In this document: piece after piece, positions 47,630 through 57,422 of the stretch | Numbering within the stretch: position 1 is the stretch's first letter | How the letters are laid out: every line of letters starts with the position of its first letter | Assembly: GCA_965203805.1 (NCBI GenBank) | Contig: OZ241917.1 | Location: 3,648,001-3,712,000 of the forward strand | Source: Candidatus Latescibacterota bacterium | GTDB lineage: Bacteria > Latescibacterota > UBA2968 > GCA-2709665 | Length of the DNA stretch: 64,000 nt | Direction of reading: 5' to 3' | Position numbers and translations under genes: made by a program | The notes under the pieces: generated by a model | Told to the model about the DNA's origin: nothing | Database searches by the model: none | What the model saw: the letters and a program-made list of their open reading frames with translations, nothing else

Positions 47630-48220
47630 TCAGGCTTCTTTGCTGAATGCACTATGCATTGAGCCATTCCACGATTGGGTCAAGTTCGTCAATCGTGACT
47701 CGCCGAATCTGAAAACCATTGTTAACATCAAAAAAAAAAGACCCGCGTACTCGGGAAGGTCCACCCAACTTGGTGGATCTTGACGGGGAGCTTGATGCCG
47801 TGTTTCATAGGTGAATTTTCCTTCTACGAATGTTAACAGAGCAATTCCCTGACTTTTGGCGAACTTAATCGCTCCCCTTTGAAATCCAGAGGTAGAAAAA
47901 ATCATCCCCTTGTGGGAAGCTGTGGATTGGATTTTCATTGCAAAAGCTAAGACATCATCGCGTTCGACCGGTCGACGGTGGCGCTTGCATTCGACGAGGA
48001 CCTTTATGATAGCCCCTCCGAACAAAGAGAACTCAACTACGACATCTATCTCGTAATCACCACCGTGACCTTCAACCTTCTGCCGATGGCGTAGACAGAA
48101 ACCGATTCCTTCTTGCTTCCGAGAATTCGACAGCCAGCGAAGCACTTCTCTTTCGTAATCCTCGGGAGTAATTTCCAGGGATTCTGCTGGATTCCAGGGA
48201 CTCTCGGGGTTTCGATTCAC
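47630..48220 (-). CDS. Mrr-like PD-(D/E)xK restriction endonuclease
   Basis: YEREV, YEIDV...VECKRH, STSGFQRGA. The C-terminus may be shifted at a T10 tract. Confidence 0.8.
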   Translation of the reverse strand: MNRNPESPWNPAESLEITPEDYEREVLRWLSNSRKQEGIGFCLRHRQKVEGHGGDYEIDVVVEFSLFGGAIIKVLVECKRHRRPVERDDVLAFAMKIQSTASHKGMIFSTSGFQRGAIKFAKSQGIALLTFVEGKFTYETRHQAPRQDPPSWVDLPEYAGLFFLMLTMVFRFGESRLTNLTQSWNGSMHSAFSKEA

Positions 48221-48262
48221 TTCACACCCAATTGTAGATAACGGTTTTGGTGCAGGATCGGT

Positions 48263-49552
48263 TCATACAAGACTGCACACGTCGATCTTGCCTGTAACAA
48301 CTGATGATATTAAAGCCGCGCGAAGTTCCTTGAGGCAGTCGATCGCCCCCTCGATTTTGGTCACCAGCGCGTCCAGGTTGGACGTCTTGCGATCGAGAAT
48401 GTCGGCGATGGCGCGCTGCTCACTAACGGGTGGGATGGCAGTATGTTCTGCGTGAACATCATTTCGGTCTACCGCAGGGACAGCAGACTTGATCGAATGC
48501 AAGTAAAACAAGGGCGCTAAATGTACCAACATATATTGTAGAAAACGAGGTTCGTTTCGATGCAGATCGATGCTATAGAGCGCCGTGTTGTGGGGCCAAT
48601 AGGACCGATTTATCAAGTAAAACTGACCGATGGTTCCACAGCGACCTGTAACGATACCGGGCGCACTCGCAACAGCCCTGGAGTGCATAGATGAAATGCC
48701 GGATGAAGTAACGACAGGGACTTCGCCTTCTTCGCGGTTGTCGGATGGCAAATCGTGCCCGCGTTGGAACTTAATCACGGTAATAAGCCGCTTTACCTCC
48801 CAATGCGCTGGAATCTCGCCCAACCACTCGACGCCTGAGTCTTTCATCGCGGCATTCGGATCAAGGCCCCGGGTGACGGCGTGGCTGATGAGCGCGGCGC
48901 GTTTTTCCTGAAGCAATTCGATCAACCGCTCCTTCTTCGCCACAAGCGCGTCGATCCTGGCCGTCTCACGGTCCAGAAAGGCGGCGATGGCGCGCTGTTC
49001 GGGGAGGGGTGGGAGTGGTAAAAATGCCTCTTTGAGAGAGTCAGAATAGATCACGTCGATCGTGGTTGCATTGCTCATGAATTCAAGCTGTGACAAGATC
49101 AAACCACTTTTTTCAATGAGGTATTCTATGTAGTGTCTATAAGCAATCCTTTTTTCGATTTGAATCCTCAGCAGACATGGATGCAAAACGCCTCGCGGTG
49201 CCCCGGTAGGCACGATCATACATCGTCCAATAGTGCCGCGTGTTGTGACAAGCAGGTCACCAGGGAATGTCTCGAACGCCTTAAGCTCGTCAAATTTGGC
49301 TGCCGAAATGTAGTTCCGCCCTCCGTCAATGTCGCGATCTAATACCGTCCGTTGGTTGAAGACCTTAATCTCATTGTCCATCATTTCGGAACTATGCAAC
49401 TGGCTGCCGAAAGGTCCGGTCTTTATAGCACCTTTTCGGCCAATCAACAGATGCTTTATCCTTTTTGTTGACCAGTGAGCCGGAATTCGTCCCAGCCACT
49501 CGATGCCTGAGTCCTTGTAAGCGGGGTAAGGGTGGAGGACGGTGGATGTCAT
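48263..49552 (-). CDS. hsdS: Type I R-M specificity subunit
   Basis: KDSGIEWLGRIPAHW and KDSGVEWLGEIPAHW, two PP..EQRAIA conserved regions, two TRDs, VTGKIDV. Confidence 0.95.
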   Translation of the reverse strand: MTSTVLHPYPAYKDSGIEWLGRIPAHWSTKRIKHLLIGRKGAIKTGPFGSQLHSSEMMDNEIKVFNQRTVLDRDIDGGRNYISAAKFDELKAFETFPGDLLVTTRGTIGRCMIVPTGAPRGVLHPCLLRIQIEKRIAYRHYIEYLIEKSGLILSQLEFMSNATTIDVIYSDSLKEAFLPLPPLPEQRAIAAFLDRETARIDALVAKKERLIELLQEKRAALISHAVTRGLDPNAAMKDSGVEWLGEIPAHWEVKRLITVIKFQRGHDLPSDNREEGEVPVVTSSGISSMHSRAVASAPGIVTGRCGTIGQFYLINRSYWPHNTALYSIDLHRNEPRFLQYMLVHLAPLFYLHSIKSAVPAVDRNDVHAEHTAIPPVSEQRAIADILDRKTSNLDALVTKIEGAIDCLKELRAALISSVVTGKIDVCSLV

Positions 49553-49672
49553 GGCGATCCTATGCTATTCTCCAATGTGGCGCTGGGATTCTCAGGGTCA
49601 TCGCGCCGGGTTGTTGATGATGTCCTGACGAATGCGATTGGGTGCTGCGTCATGCCGTATGGACATTTCTAC

Positions 49673-49700
49673 GTAAGGCAGGGTTGAAACCTGCCCCTAC
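49673..49700 (-). repeat. GTAG-type REP-like hairpin
   Basis: Minus strand GTAGGGGCAGGTTTCAACCCTGCCTTAC. Confidence 0.6.
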
Positions 49701-49736
49701 CGGTGCGGTGTCGAAAGGCGCGTGCGCAATGACCTC

Positions 49737-52700
49737 TCAATCCATCTCGTCTTGCAGAATCTTTCGAATTTGATCGACAGGCAGAAATTTAGCATCGCAC
49801 CAGCGAAGAAGATAGAGTCCCGGACCTTCGTCCAAGTTACGGAAGAGCGCAGCTGCTCTTTTAGGCCACTCATCGTTATTGGTATCGCCAATCAACGCCC
49901 CGAACACCAGGTCTGTGGCCTTTAGAGTCTTTGAATCAACAGGAACGCTAGTCACGACGATAGGTCGCGCCCGCGCCCAAAGGGTATTAATGAAACCTGT
50001 ACCGAGGGCGATATGCGACGGAAGATCCGCACCCGTGTGACCGATGTAAATACATAGAGTCTGGATATCGGATAGGTCGGGAGTCTCGTCGCGTTCAAAC
50101 GCGGACAGCAGGAGTTGCCTGTTGAGCGAAACAGGGCCGTGACGATGCGTAGCGAGGTATATAACCGCGTCAGAATGTGCATCTTTAGAAATCGTCCCGG
50201 CTTGTTCGGCGCTCATGAGTACCGCCTGCAACCAGACACCCTTGGTACCGAACGCCTCGCTGGCGCGTTGCCGCATCATCAAATCCTCGCAGAGCAGTAG
50301 TCGTTTTTTACCCGCCATGACTGCGGGAGCGAATGCATCCCTGGGTGGAAGCCCAATCAGTAATTCGCCCAGATCCGAAAAATGGTCGGGAAATTCGATC
50401 GGTTCCACCTCGCAGGCTTCTTCGATCGTCGCAATCCGCACCTTGAGTTCCATCAGTTTCTCAGCACGTTCCTCCGCCGTCTCTGTGTAACCGATGAATC
50501 TGCCATCTCGGTATCCCAGGTGCATCGATCTTCCGTCGCCACCGCCGGAAAAAATGGCAGTCATCGCCTCTATACGACCGAGTTCAGAAATCGGGATGGC
50601 GAGCGACCCCAAGCGTTCTTTCAGAACCGGAAAAATATCAAGACCTGCGGCGTGCCACGCCGTGAGCGCGTCCAATACTGCGCCAGAACCTGCATGATCC
50701 TCAATGAGTGCGAGTGCCCCCTTGCGGTCTTCCGCAGTCCCGCTAAAAACCCGCAATTGCATTCCTGCAGAGTAGAGATATTGCGCGAATGCGATTCCCC
50801 CGCTTGGCGTATCTCCTGCAGCGACGGCGACAGGTAATCCTTTTTCAAAATATAGGCTTGCTCTTACGCTTGCAGCTTGGCTTTGACGACGTACTTGCTT
50901 TAAGATCGGCTCGATATCGTCTTCGCGGGTAGTTATAGAGGCAAATCCCGGGGCGTCCGGAAACCTCTGGCCGAAACTTTGGGCAAGATGGTGGAAAGCT
51001 TGCAGCCAGCGGGGCCTAATTTCCGATACGGTCCATTTTTCGGCTACTCCAAGGGAGTTTACGTGTTCGAACACGTCTCCGGTCTTTAATCCCAGTGACT
51101 TGGCAAAAAAGGCATTTGTTGGTTCGATCTTCTCGCCCCATGGCCTGTCCGCCGTCTCGCCAACCAAACCCGTGGACTCTTTTCCATTGGTTTCAGCCAA
51201 ATGGACCCAGACGCCGGTAGCAACCCACCCGTCAAAAACGTGATCCTGCCGATCCCAGGTACAATTAAAAACGAGCCCGAGGTATTTCATGACTATATCG
51301 GGACTGTCTAGACCACCAGTCAGGGCTTCGTATCCCAAATTGAGTGCGCGTGAATACTCACTATACTCAGATAGGACATGGCTGAATTCCATGCGCTCGA
51401 GGGGTGAACCCGGCAGTGCGTCCACGCCTTCACGCTGCAGTAGTACAGCAACGGATTCTCTGTCACCGATCGCAATCAGTGATCGGATTAAGTATAGGAT
51501 ATTTTCAAGACAGCGTTCTTGCTCGAATGCGTCTGTAAAGGGGGTAACCGCGTCTCGGGGAACTCCTCGGTTGAAGTGGCAAACCCCTTCCAGCCGCCTA
51601 AAGTACGGGAGGCCACGAAGTTTGGGGGCAAGCCCCTCGAAAAACTGTGTGGCGCGTTGGCGTATTGGGATCTTATAGACGAACGCGTGAGCCAGCATTC
51701 TTAGTGGTTTGCTGTCGCGATCCAAAGGTACGTGGCCGAACAAAGTATCTGTTACGACGTCAAGTCTTCGGCGGTCCATGGCTTCTGTGGCGAAACGGAA
51801 CCGCGAAGTTAGACCATCGTCTCCGTCCTCGAGAGCTGATTCTGCTGCCTCGAATAGCGCGTCTGACAGATCCTCCCATTTATTGAGCCTTGCGAGTTGA
51901 GCAAGAATTGTCAATGCACGACTGTCTCCTTGCAATATTCCCTGCTCGGCTTCGACGATTGAACGTCGTCTTTCTTGAGGCACCAATTGTGTTCTAGCAA
52001 GTGTTCCGCAAGCACGAGCAATTCCGCGTTCGGATTCCGGAAAAACCTCCAGATGCTTGTCAACGATGCTTGAGACTCTACCCCAATCTCCCGTAAGGAT
52101 AGCGATGTTGAAACGCATCATCACGGTCTGTGCATTGATATCTAGCCCCGAAATCAACTCGAGCGCACGTTCGGACTCACCTTCCTGAGCAGATATGAAG
52201 GCAACATGCTCCTTGACGGTAACCTCGTTAGGGAAGCGCTCAAGCGCCTCGCTGGCAACTTTATTTGCCTCTTCATTCCTGGCCAGAAGGCGGTAAGCAA
52301 TTATAAGGTTTAGCGGAATGGGATATAGATCGCCGCGACGATACACGGTCCGATCACGAACTTCAGGCCACCTGGCTTCGTATATCTCGACAGCCTTGTC
52401 GATATCAACGCGCGCGGCATCATCGAGTATCTCGTCATTGGCAAGCCGATTTGGGTCAATCGCTCTAGATAGGAGCGCAGAGGCGTAGAGTTCTTGTAAT
52501 TCGACTCTTTCAGGGAAGGCATGATGGGCGGCAATTGCCGCTTCCCACCAGGCCCCGTGCTCTCCGCGTTCCATGAGCCAATGGACTCTCGCCACGGCAA
52601 CCTGAGGAGTGTTTCGCACTAGTTCGGGGACGTGCGTGATTGGATTGTCAATGTCCATTTCAGTTTTGAGGCTAAGGACGTAAAACGCCGCCAATTCGGC

Positions 52701-53642
52701 GTTGTTAGGGTTATTGAGAAGGCGGGGTTCAGCAAACGCCCGGATGCTGCGCCAGTCTTGCTTCAAATAGAATCCAAATGCCTTGTTGGAGATCGCCGTT
52801 GGATCTTCTGGTGAAATTCCCCAAGCGGCGATAAATCCGTTCGCGGCCTCTTCCTCATCTCCAAGTTCCAACTGGCACGCGGCGATATTCGACGCGATCC
52901 TGAATCGAATATGGTCTGTTGCCCTGTTGTCGAGCTTCGTTTGAAGCTCTGTTAGCAACTGCAGGGCACCTGTTGGATTTGTCGGCAGAAATGCCTTATA
53001 GGCATCAATAAGTTGGTCGTACTCATTGTCGATTCCAGTATGACGTAATTCTACTTGGATTGCATAAAGTGTGGAAATCTGGCGACTAATTTCTTCAAGT
53101 TGGGGTTTAATATCTGCGGACTGACTCGCGGATAGATCTCTTATAGCTTGGTCGATTTGATCACGTTTTGGTGTATGGAGCGGATCGAACGCATCAAGTG
53201 CTTCGGGATAACGGCTGATTTCGCGCTGCAGGCTGTCCCAACCATATATGCTGATGCTGAGTTCCTGATCTCGGTCTTTTTCTGAAACAAGAGAAAGTTC
53301 TAAGGCCAGACTTTGGAGCTTGGCGTCGTCACGATCGGTCGTGACAATGATATACTCCGAGAGAGGAGGCTTGAAGCCCAATGCCTTTTCGACCTCGTCT
53401 CGCACTTCCTTTTCAGTTAATGATTGTCCTTCGCCTTTCAGTTTGCACTGAATACCAACAATCCTGTTCGATTTGCCGCCCCTTCTGCCAACCAGGTCGA
53501 CGCCATATTGACGTTGGCCCCGTCGGCCGAAACATTGAACGTTGTCGTCATTCAAAATGCAACGCCACAAGACTTCGTTACAACGCTCGAAGGCCTGCTC
53601 GTCGATGGGCTTGGGAATCTGTGTCGCGCCGAATTCGGACAT
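49737..53642 (-). CDS. Large predicted defence protein: PD-(D/E)xK nuclease-like N-terminus, TPR, GreA/B-C-like and PIN-like domains (1301 aa)
   Basis: FERC...GRRGQRQYGVD...IQCK; long helical repeats; FAKSLGLKTGDVF; AVLDALT...LLCED. Start moved to MSEFGATQIPKP. Confidence 0.7.
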   Translation of the reverse strand: MSEFGATQIPKPIDEQAFERCNEVLWRCILNDDNVQCFGRRGQRQYGVDLVGRRGGKSNRIVGIQCKLKGEGQSLTEKEVRDEVEKALGFKPPLSEYIIVTTDRDDAKLQSLALELSLVSEKDRDQELSISIYGWDSLQREISRYPEALDAFDPLHTPKRDQIDQAIRDLSASQSADIKPQLEEISRQISTLYAIQVELRHTGIDNEYDQLIDAYKAFLPTNPTGALQLLTELQTKLDNRATDHIRFRIASNIAACQLELGDEEEAANGFIAAWGISPEDPTAISNKAFGFYLKQDWRSIRAFAEPRLLNNPNNAELAAFYVLSLKTEMDIDNPITHVPELVRNTPQVAVARVHWLMERGEHGAWWEAAIAAHHAFPERVELQELYASALLSRAIDPNRLANDEILDDAARVDIDKAVEIYEARWPEVRDRTVYRRGDLYPIPLNLIIAYRLLARNEEANKVASEALERFPNEVTVKEHVAFISAQEGESERALELISGLDINAQTVMMRFNIAILTGDWGRVSSIVDKHLEVFPESERGIARACGTLARTQLVPQERRRSIVEAEQGILQGDSRALTILAQLARLNKWEDLSDALFEAAESALEDGDDGLTSRFRFATEAMDRRRLDVVTDTLFGHVPLDRDSKPLRMLAHAFVYKIPIRQRATQFFEGLAPKLRGLPYFRRLEGVCHFNRGVPRDAVTPFTDAFEQERCLENILYLIRSLIAIGDRESVAVLLQREGVDALPGSPLERMEFSHVLSEYSEYSRALNLGYEALTGGLDSPDIVMKYLGLVFNCTWDRQDHVFDGWVATGVWVHLAETNGKESTGLVGETADRPWGEKIEPTNAFFAKSLGLKTGDVFEHVNSLGVAEKWTVSEIRPRWLQAFHHLAQSFGQRFPDAPGFASITTREDDIEPILKQVRRQSQAASVRASLYFEKGLPVAVAAGDTPSGGIAFAQYLYSAGMQLRVFSGTAEDRKGALALIEDHAGSGAVLDALTAWHAAGLDIFPVLKERLGSLAIPISELGRIEAMTAIFSGGGDGRSMHLGYRDGRFIGYTETAEERAEKLMELKVRIATIEEACEVEPIEFPDHFSDLGELLIGLPPRDAFAPAVMAGKKRLLLCEDLMMRQRASEAFGTKGVWLQAVLMSAEQAGTISKDAHSDAVIYLATHRHGPVSLNRQLLLSAFERDETPDLSDIQTLCIYIGHTGADLPSHIALGTGFINTLWARARPIVVTSVPVDSKTLKATDLVFGALIGDTNNDEWPKRAAALFRNLDEGPGLYLLRWCDAKFLPVDQIRKILQDEMD

Positions 53643-53711
53643 GAAAATCGCCCTTGAATATATCGTATTCTTGCTGCAGTTCGTCTGGTCGAGAGCTTGT
53701 GAGACGTCAAA

Positions 53712-53739
53712 TGTCGGCAATAAATCGTAACTGCCGACA
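53712..53739. promoter_or_regulatory. Palindromic site TGTCGGCA-N12-TGCCGACA (downstream of abiEii)
   Basis: Perfect 8-bp inverted repeat; same arms and spacing as 55342-55369. Confidence 0.7.
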
Positions 53740-53797
53740 ATTGCTGGCAGTATGTTTCCGCTATCAGCGGAGCGACCCTGTATTCCGCCATGCATCC

Positions 53798-54721
53798 CTA
53801 TTCGTATCTCCACGGTCCGCCCGCCTTCCAACTCCCATGGAAACCACTTCTGCGCGCCACGGCATCCCAAGGGTCTCTGAAAAAGGATATAAGACGGTCG
53901 CCCAAAGAACTGAAATCTGCGGGCGCACCCAAGAGCACGTTCCGTTCCACATAGGTACGCCACCGCCCGGCACGTTCTGAATCAGCATAAAAACGGGGAG
54001 TCAGAGCAACCGGAAGAGCGTCTGAAAACGCGGTACGGCGGCGGTCGAAGGTCGCACGCATAGATCTCCCGAGTTGATCGCCCCCAAAAGGGAAATGCTG
54101 CACCAGGGTATAAAGATCGTAAAAGTCCTTGTTTCGACTGTTTCTTTCGCCGAGCACGACCATCGCATGAAGCTTTTCCGCAACGACGGCCTCCCGAGGG
54201 TAGACTCGGATATCTGGACTGGGATTGTCGAGCAAGGTCTTGTATAGAGTGTCGGTCGGAGGTGGTTCGACGGCATTTCCAAAGCCAATATCGATCTGCA
54301 TATTTATGCGTGCGTTTTCCAATGTCGCGTTGAAACGTACACGGAGACTATCATACATGTCCTGATCGCGAATGGTTTCGGTTGCAATGTTGCTTGTATC
54401 GAAGACAACTCCGTCGTCGTCAACGGGAGTCTGACAGATTTCCTGGATTGCGGACTTAACGTCGCCAAACAACGAACTGCCGTAGCCCGTGAAATCCAGG
54501 TCGCGTGTCGGTCGGTAGACTGCTTCACCCCAATGGACAAGGAGCATGGCGCCCTTCAAGATATAGCGATTACGATGCGGTGACTCTCCAAGTCGATAGA
54601 GGAATCGCTCTGCCGCGTATCGCTCCAGTAGAAACTTAAAATCCTCACCAGTTTGACGGCTCCGGTTCAACAGCCTTGCACGTACCGATGCGCCGACGTT
54701 GCGGGGCCTTTCGCGTGTCAT
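53798..54721 (-). CDS. abiEii: AbiEii/AbiGii nucleotidyltransferase toxin (type IV TA)
   Basis: ASVRARL, ERFLYRL, LKGA, RPTRDLD, AEKLHA, NSRNKDFYD. Confidence 0.9.
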   Translation of the reverse strand: MTRERPRNVGASVRARLLNRSRQTGEDFKFLLERYAAERFLYRLGESPHRNRYILKGAMLLVHWGEAVYRPTRDLDFTGYGSSLFGDVKSAIQEICQTPVDDDGVVFDTSNIATETIRDQDMYDSLRVRFNATLENARINMQIDIGFGNAVEPPPTDTLYKTLLDNPSPDIRVYPREAVVAEKLHAMVVLGERNSRNKDFYDLYTLVQHFPFGGDQLGRSMRATFDRRRTAFSDALPVALTPRFYADSERAGRWRTYVERNVLLGAPADFSSLGDRLISFFRDPWDAVARRSGFHGSWKAGGPWRYE

Positions 54722-55311
54722 AGATGAAGCGCCTCCAGGTAGCTCCGCATAACCGTCTGCGCGCGGCAGACTTCCGCGGCTCGCACAATCTCATCCACGG
54801 TCGCTGAACGCGATCGCAGCGCATCGTGAAGCGCCTCAAGCGCTATATCGAGTCCGAGTTTGTTGCGATAGCGGAAACAATCGACAACCGTTCGGGCTGG
54901 CGAAGTGATGCGAAAGGGCACCCCAAGCGCAGACTGGAGGGTAACGCCGTAGGTTAGCATCGGGCCTGAAAATCGTACTATCCGTACCCGGGCGGGCGGG
55001 TGTGTGGGTTTGCGGGCTTTTCGGTCCAGAGCGATCCAGACCTCATGAGGAGACTGTGTACCGATATCATGGTAGCGAAGCGCCGTTAGCAGGCACATGA
55101 TGGCGTTCGGTATCGCAGCAGCTACCATTGCGATCGTCTCTGCCTCTGTCGTTTCCACCTCTGCGAGTCGATAGAGGCCGTTTCCCATATTGTCGACGAG
55201 TCCTTCAGCCACAAGACCCATGAGTCTTCGATGCGAGATCCCGAAACGCGCAAGGTCTTTAGGTCGAAAATAGGTACCCAGGCCAGCTTCTTGTAGTTGA
55301 GTGATGTCCAT
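54718..55311 (-). CDS. abiEi: AbiEi antitoxin / transcriptional regulator
   Basis: wHTH with GLYRL, CLLTALRYH, ARTVVDCFRYRNKLG; ATGA overlap with the toxin. Confidence 0.9.
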   Translation of the reverse strand: MDITQLQEAGLGTYFRPKDLARFGISHRRLMGLVAEGLVDNMGNGLYRLAEVETTEAETIAMVAAAIPNAIMCLLTALRYHDIGTQSPHEVWIALDRKARKPTHPPARVRIVRFSGPMLTYGVTLQSALGVPFRITSPARTVVDCFRYRNKLGLDIALEALHDALRSRSATVDEIVRAAEVCRAQTVMRSYLEALHL

Positions 55312-55331
55312 TGAGTCAACTGTTCTCGAAT

Positions 55332-55386
55332 CGACAATGATTGTCGGCACTTAATTGGAACTGCCGACAATCTATTCTATTGTCGG
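55332..55386. promoter_or_regulatory. abiE operator-like inverted repeats
   Basis: Four alternating CGACAAT/ATTGTCG motifs; core GATTGTCGGCA-N12-TGCCGACAATC (55339-55372). Confidence 0.7.
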
Positions 55387-55425
55387 ATTGTCCCTTCCAC
55401 CCTCAATGTAGAGCACCGCGCTCAC
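55372..55425 (-). pseudogene. 5' stub of a DUF4276-like partner gene
   Basis: GTGA overlap with the ATPase stop; VSAVLYIEGGRDNPTIE* has the YxEGG start typical of such partners and stops inside the abiE repeats. Confidence 0.55.
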
Positions 55426-56639
55426 CAGCGATTCCCTCCCAACTGCCCTGAACTCCAGAGACTGCCAAGTGTATAATCCTTCAGCCATTTGGCAAGATCG
55501 TCTTTGTCGAGCCGACGCATCTGCGTCTGCCCATCTCGCTTCTCGCAGACCACGACACTTTCGGGGGAGTCAGTTAGCGCGTCGACGATCACGTCGGAAT
55601 GAGTTGTTACGATCAACTGACTGCGGCTGGACGCGGAGACCAGCAAATTGGCCACCGTGGGTAAAAGGTCCGGATGCAGGCCCAGTTCCGGTAGCTCAAT
55701 GACAACGAGAGGAGGCGGTTCGGGATGGTGCAGAATGGCCAGCAGGCACAAATAACGGAGCGTTCCGTCCGAAAGGCGCGTGGCGGGAATCGTTCGATTG
55801 CCGGCCTCTTCCAGGAATAACCCAACGGTTCCGCCGGCGACCGGACAGGTGATGTCGACGATGCCGTCAAAGAGTTTCCCCAAAGATTCGACAACTTGCC
55901 TTTTGTTCTCACCCTGGAAGTGCGACAGCACGAGCGCCAGATTCGCGCCGCCCTCGTCCAGAAAATCGGCGCGGTCATGGGCGCGCTGATTCCTTCGGCA
56001 CGCTGCCGAAGGACCAAGAAACCAGTCGCGGTAAAGGCGAATACGCCCGTATTGTTCCTTCAGATTCCACAGAACCGGATACTCGGCGCTTGCCAGGTGA
56101 ATGATCGAATGTTCAGGGTGATAGTGGCTTTGGAACCCTATACTTCGGATTCCTCTTACAATGGTTGGTGGTGGTCCCGACGGAGCGGCCGAATATTGAG
56201 ACGTCGACCTGTCAGCTAACGAATCGATATCCGGCTTTTCCTTTCTGGGCGGACGATAGTAGGAAAGTGGGGGAAGTGGACCGACGTACGCGCCTGACGG
56301 CTCGACCTGCTCGTCGATCACTTCGGGACGATCGTTATGGTCGCCAAGTGTCAGCGAGTGGCGAACCAGGCCGCCCGGTTGACATTCCACAGACGCTTCC
56401 AATGTGAATGAGTCCATCGTATTGGGCCCGCGCCACAACCATGACCGAACGCCGCCCGTGCGCGAGATTGGTTCCGTTATACTGCTCGGTGCGGCCTTGA
56501 GTAGCGCAATTGCCTCGAGAAAGTTTGACTTTCCTGAGCCATTTGGGCCGACAAGGACGTTCAGCGGTTCCAGGGGCAAGTCAACCCCATCGGGTCCGAA
56601 GGACAGGAGGCCTGCAATTTTCAATTTATGAATCATCAT
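55422..56639 (-). CDS. ABC/AAA_21-type ATPase
   Basis: GPNGSGKSN Walker A, LSDGT signature, degenerate Walker B VVIELPELGLHP, TTHS, C-terminal LW.SGQLGG. Confidence 0.88.
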   Translation of the reverse strand: MMIHKLKIAGLLSFGPDGVDLPLEPLNVLVGPNGSGKSNFLEAIALLKAAPSSITEPISRTGGVRSWLWRGPNTMDSFTLEASVECQPGGLVRHSLTLGDHNDRPEVIDEQVEPSGAYVGPLPPLSYYRPPRKEKPDIDSLADRSTSQYSAAPSGPPPTIVRGIRSIGFQSHYHPEHSIIHLASAEYPVLWNLKEQYGRIRLYRDWFLGPSAACRRNQRAHDRADFLDEGGANLALVLSHFQGENKRQVVESLGKLFDGIVDITCPVAGGTVGLFLEEAGNRTIPATRLSDGTLRYLCLLAILHHPEPPPLVVIELPELGLHPDLLPTVANLLVSASSRSQLIVTTHSDVIVDALTDSPESVVVCEKRDGQTQMRRLDKDDLAKWLKDYTLGSLWSSGQLGGNRW

Positions 56640-56811
56640 ATCGGCGACTCGTACATCAACGTCGGTCTTTCTATCCCACGGACACAACTTTCAAATTGAC
56701 GCGCTGGCTTGGGAAAGCTTGCCCCGAACGAATCAACGGAATCAGCAGGCTATTCAGTTTGAAAACCAGACCAACCTCGGGGTAGGGGGAATTTGGGTGC
56801 TTGTTCCCATC

Positions 56812-56835
56812 GCGCAAACTGACAGTTTGCGCTAC
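56812..56835 (-). repeat. GTAG-type REP-like hairpin (second copy at 61147-61169)
   Basis: Minus strand GTAGCGCAAACTGTCAGTTTGCG in both places. Confidence 0.7.
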
Positions 56836-56977
56836 GGCCGGTTGGCCCGGCAATAATTCCAACGCCAATTTTCCTTCCTAAGCAGTTTCAGATTTCCGGT
56901 ACCCTCTATCCGTTCCTCTATGAATCAGCCATACGAAACGGCAGAACTTAGTCGTAACTGCCGACAACCGATCTCAT

Positions 56978-57316
56978 TCAGCGGTTTGCTGCATTAGGCA
57001 CACGCCGACGGGGAGCGTTTGTTCGTGGGGAAATCACTTCCAAAACCTCAGCCTCGGACCGCGTGGCATGATACAGATCCCAGCGAAGCTGGAGATTCAG
57101 CCAAAACGCGGCCGACACATCGAAATATCTCCCCAGGCGCAGGGCTGTACTCGGCGTGATGCCCCGTCGACCATTTACAAGTTCGTTGACCCGTTGATAG
57201 GGAACATGAATGGCGGTAGCCAATTCGCGCTGTGTTAAATTCACCGGATTCAGGAATTCCTCCAGTAACATCTCACCCGGATGAGTCGGAACACGATGGG
57301 TTGGAATTCGTACCAT
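56978..57316 (-). CDS. higA: HigA family antitoxin
   Basis: PTHPGEMLLEEFL, RVNELVNGRRGIT..TALRL, FWLNLQ..WDL. Confidence 0.9.
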   Translation of the reverse strand: MVRIPTHRVPTHPGEMLLEEFLNPVNLTQRELATAIHVPYQRVNELVNGRRGITPSTALRLGRYFDVSAAFWLNLQLRWDLYHATRSEAEVLEVISPRTNAPRRRVPNAANR

Positions 57317-57422
57317 AGTCCGCACCTCTGGTTGATTCTCGATGGAAGCCGATAACCTACACGTCAGTGGCAATGACGACCTGGCCACGCAAACAGGTGT
57401 GACAATGAATACTTCTGGCGGC

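Noticed and set aside
53643-53963. 107-aa N-terminal extension of the 1408-aa ORF
   Set aside because: Overlaps abiEii and the palindromic site; the protein-like sequence starts at ATG 53642.
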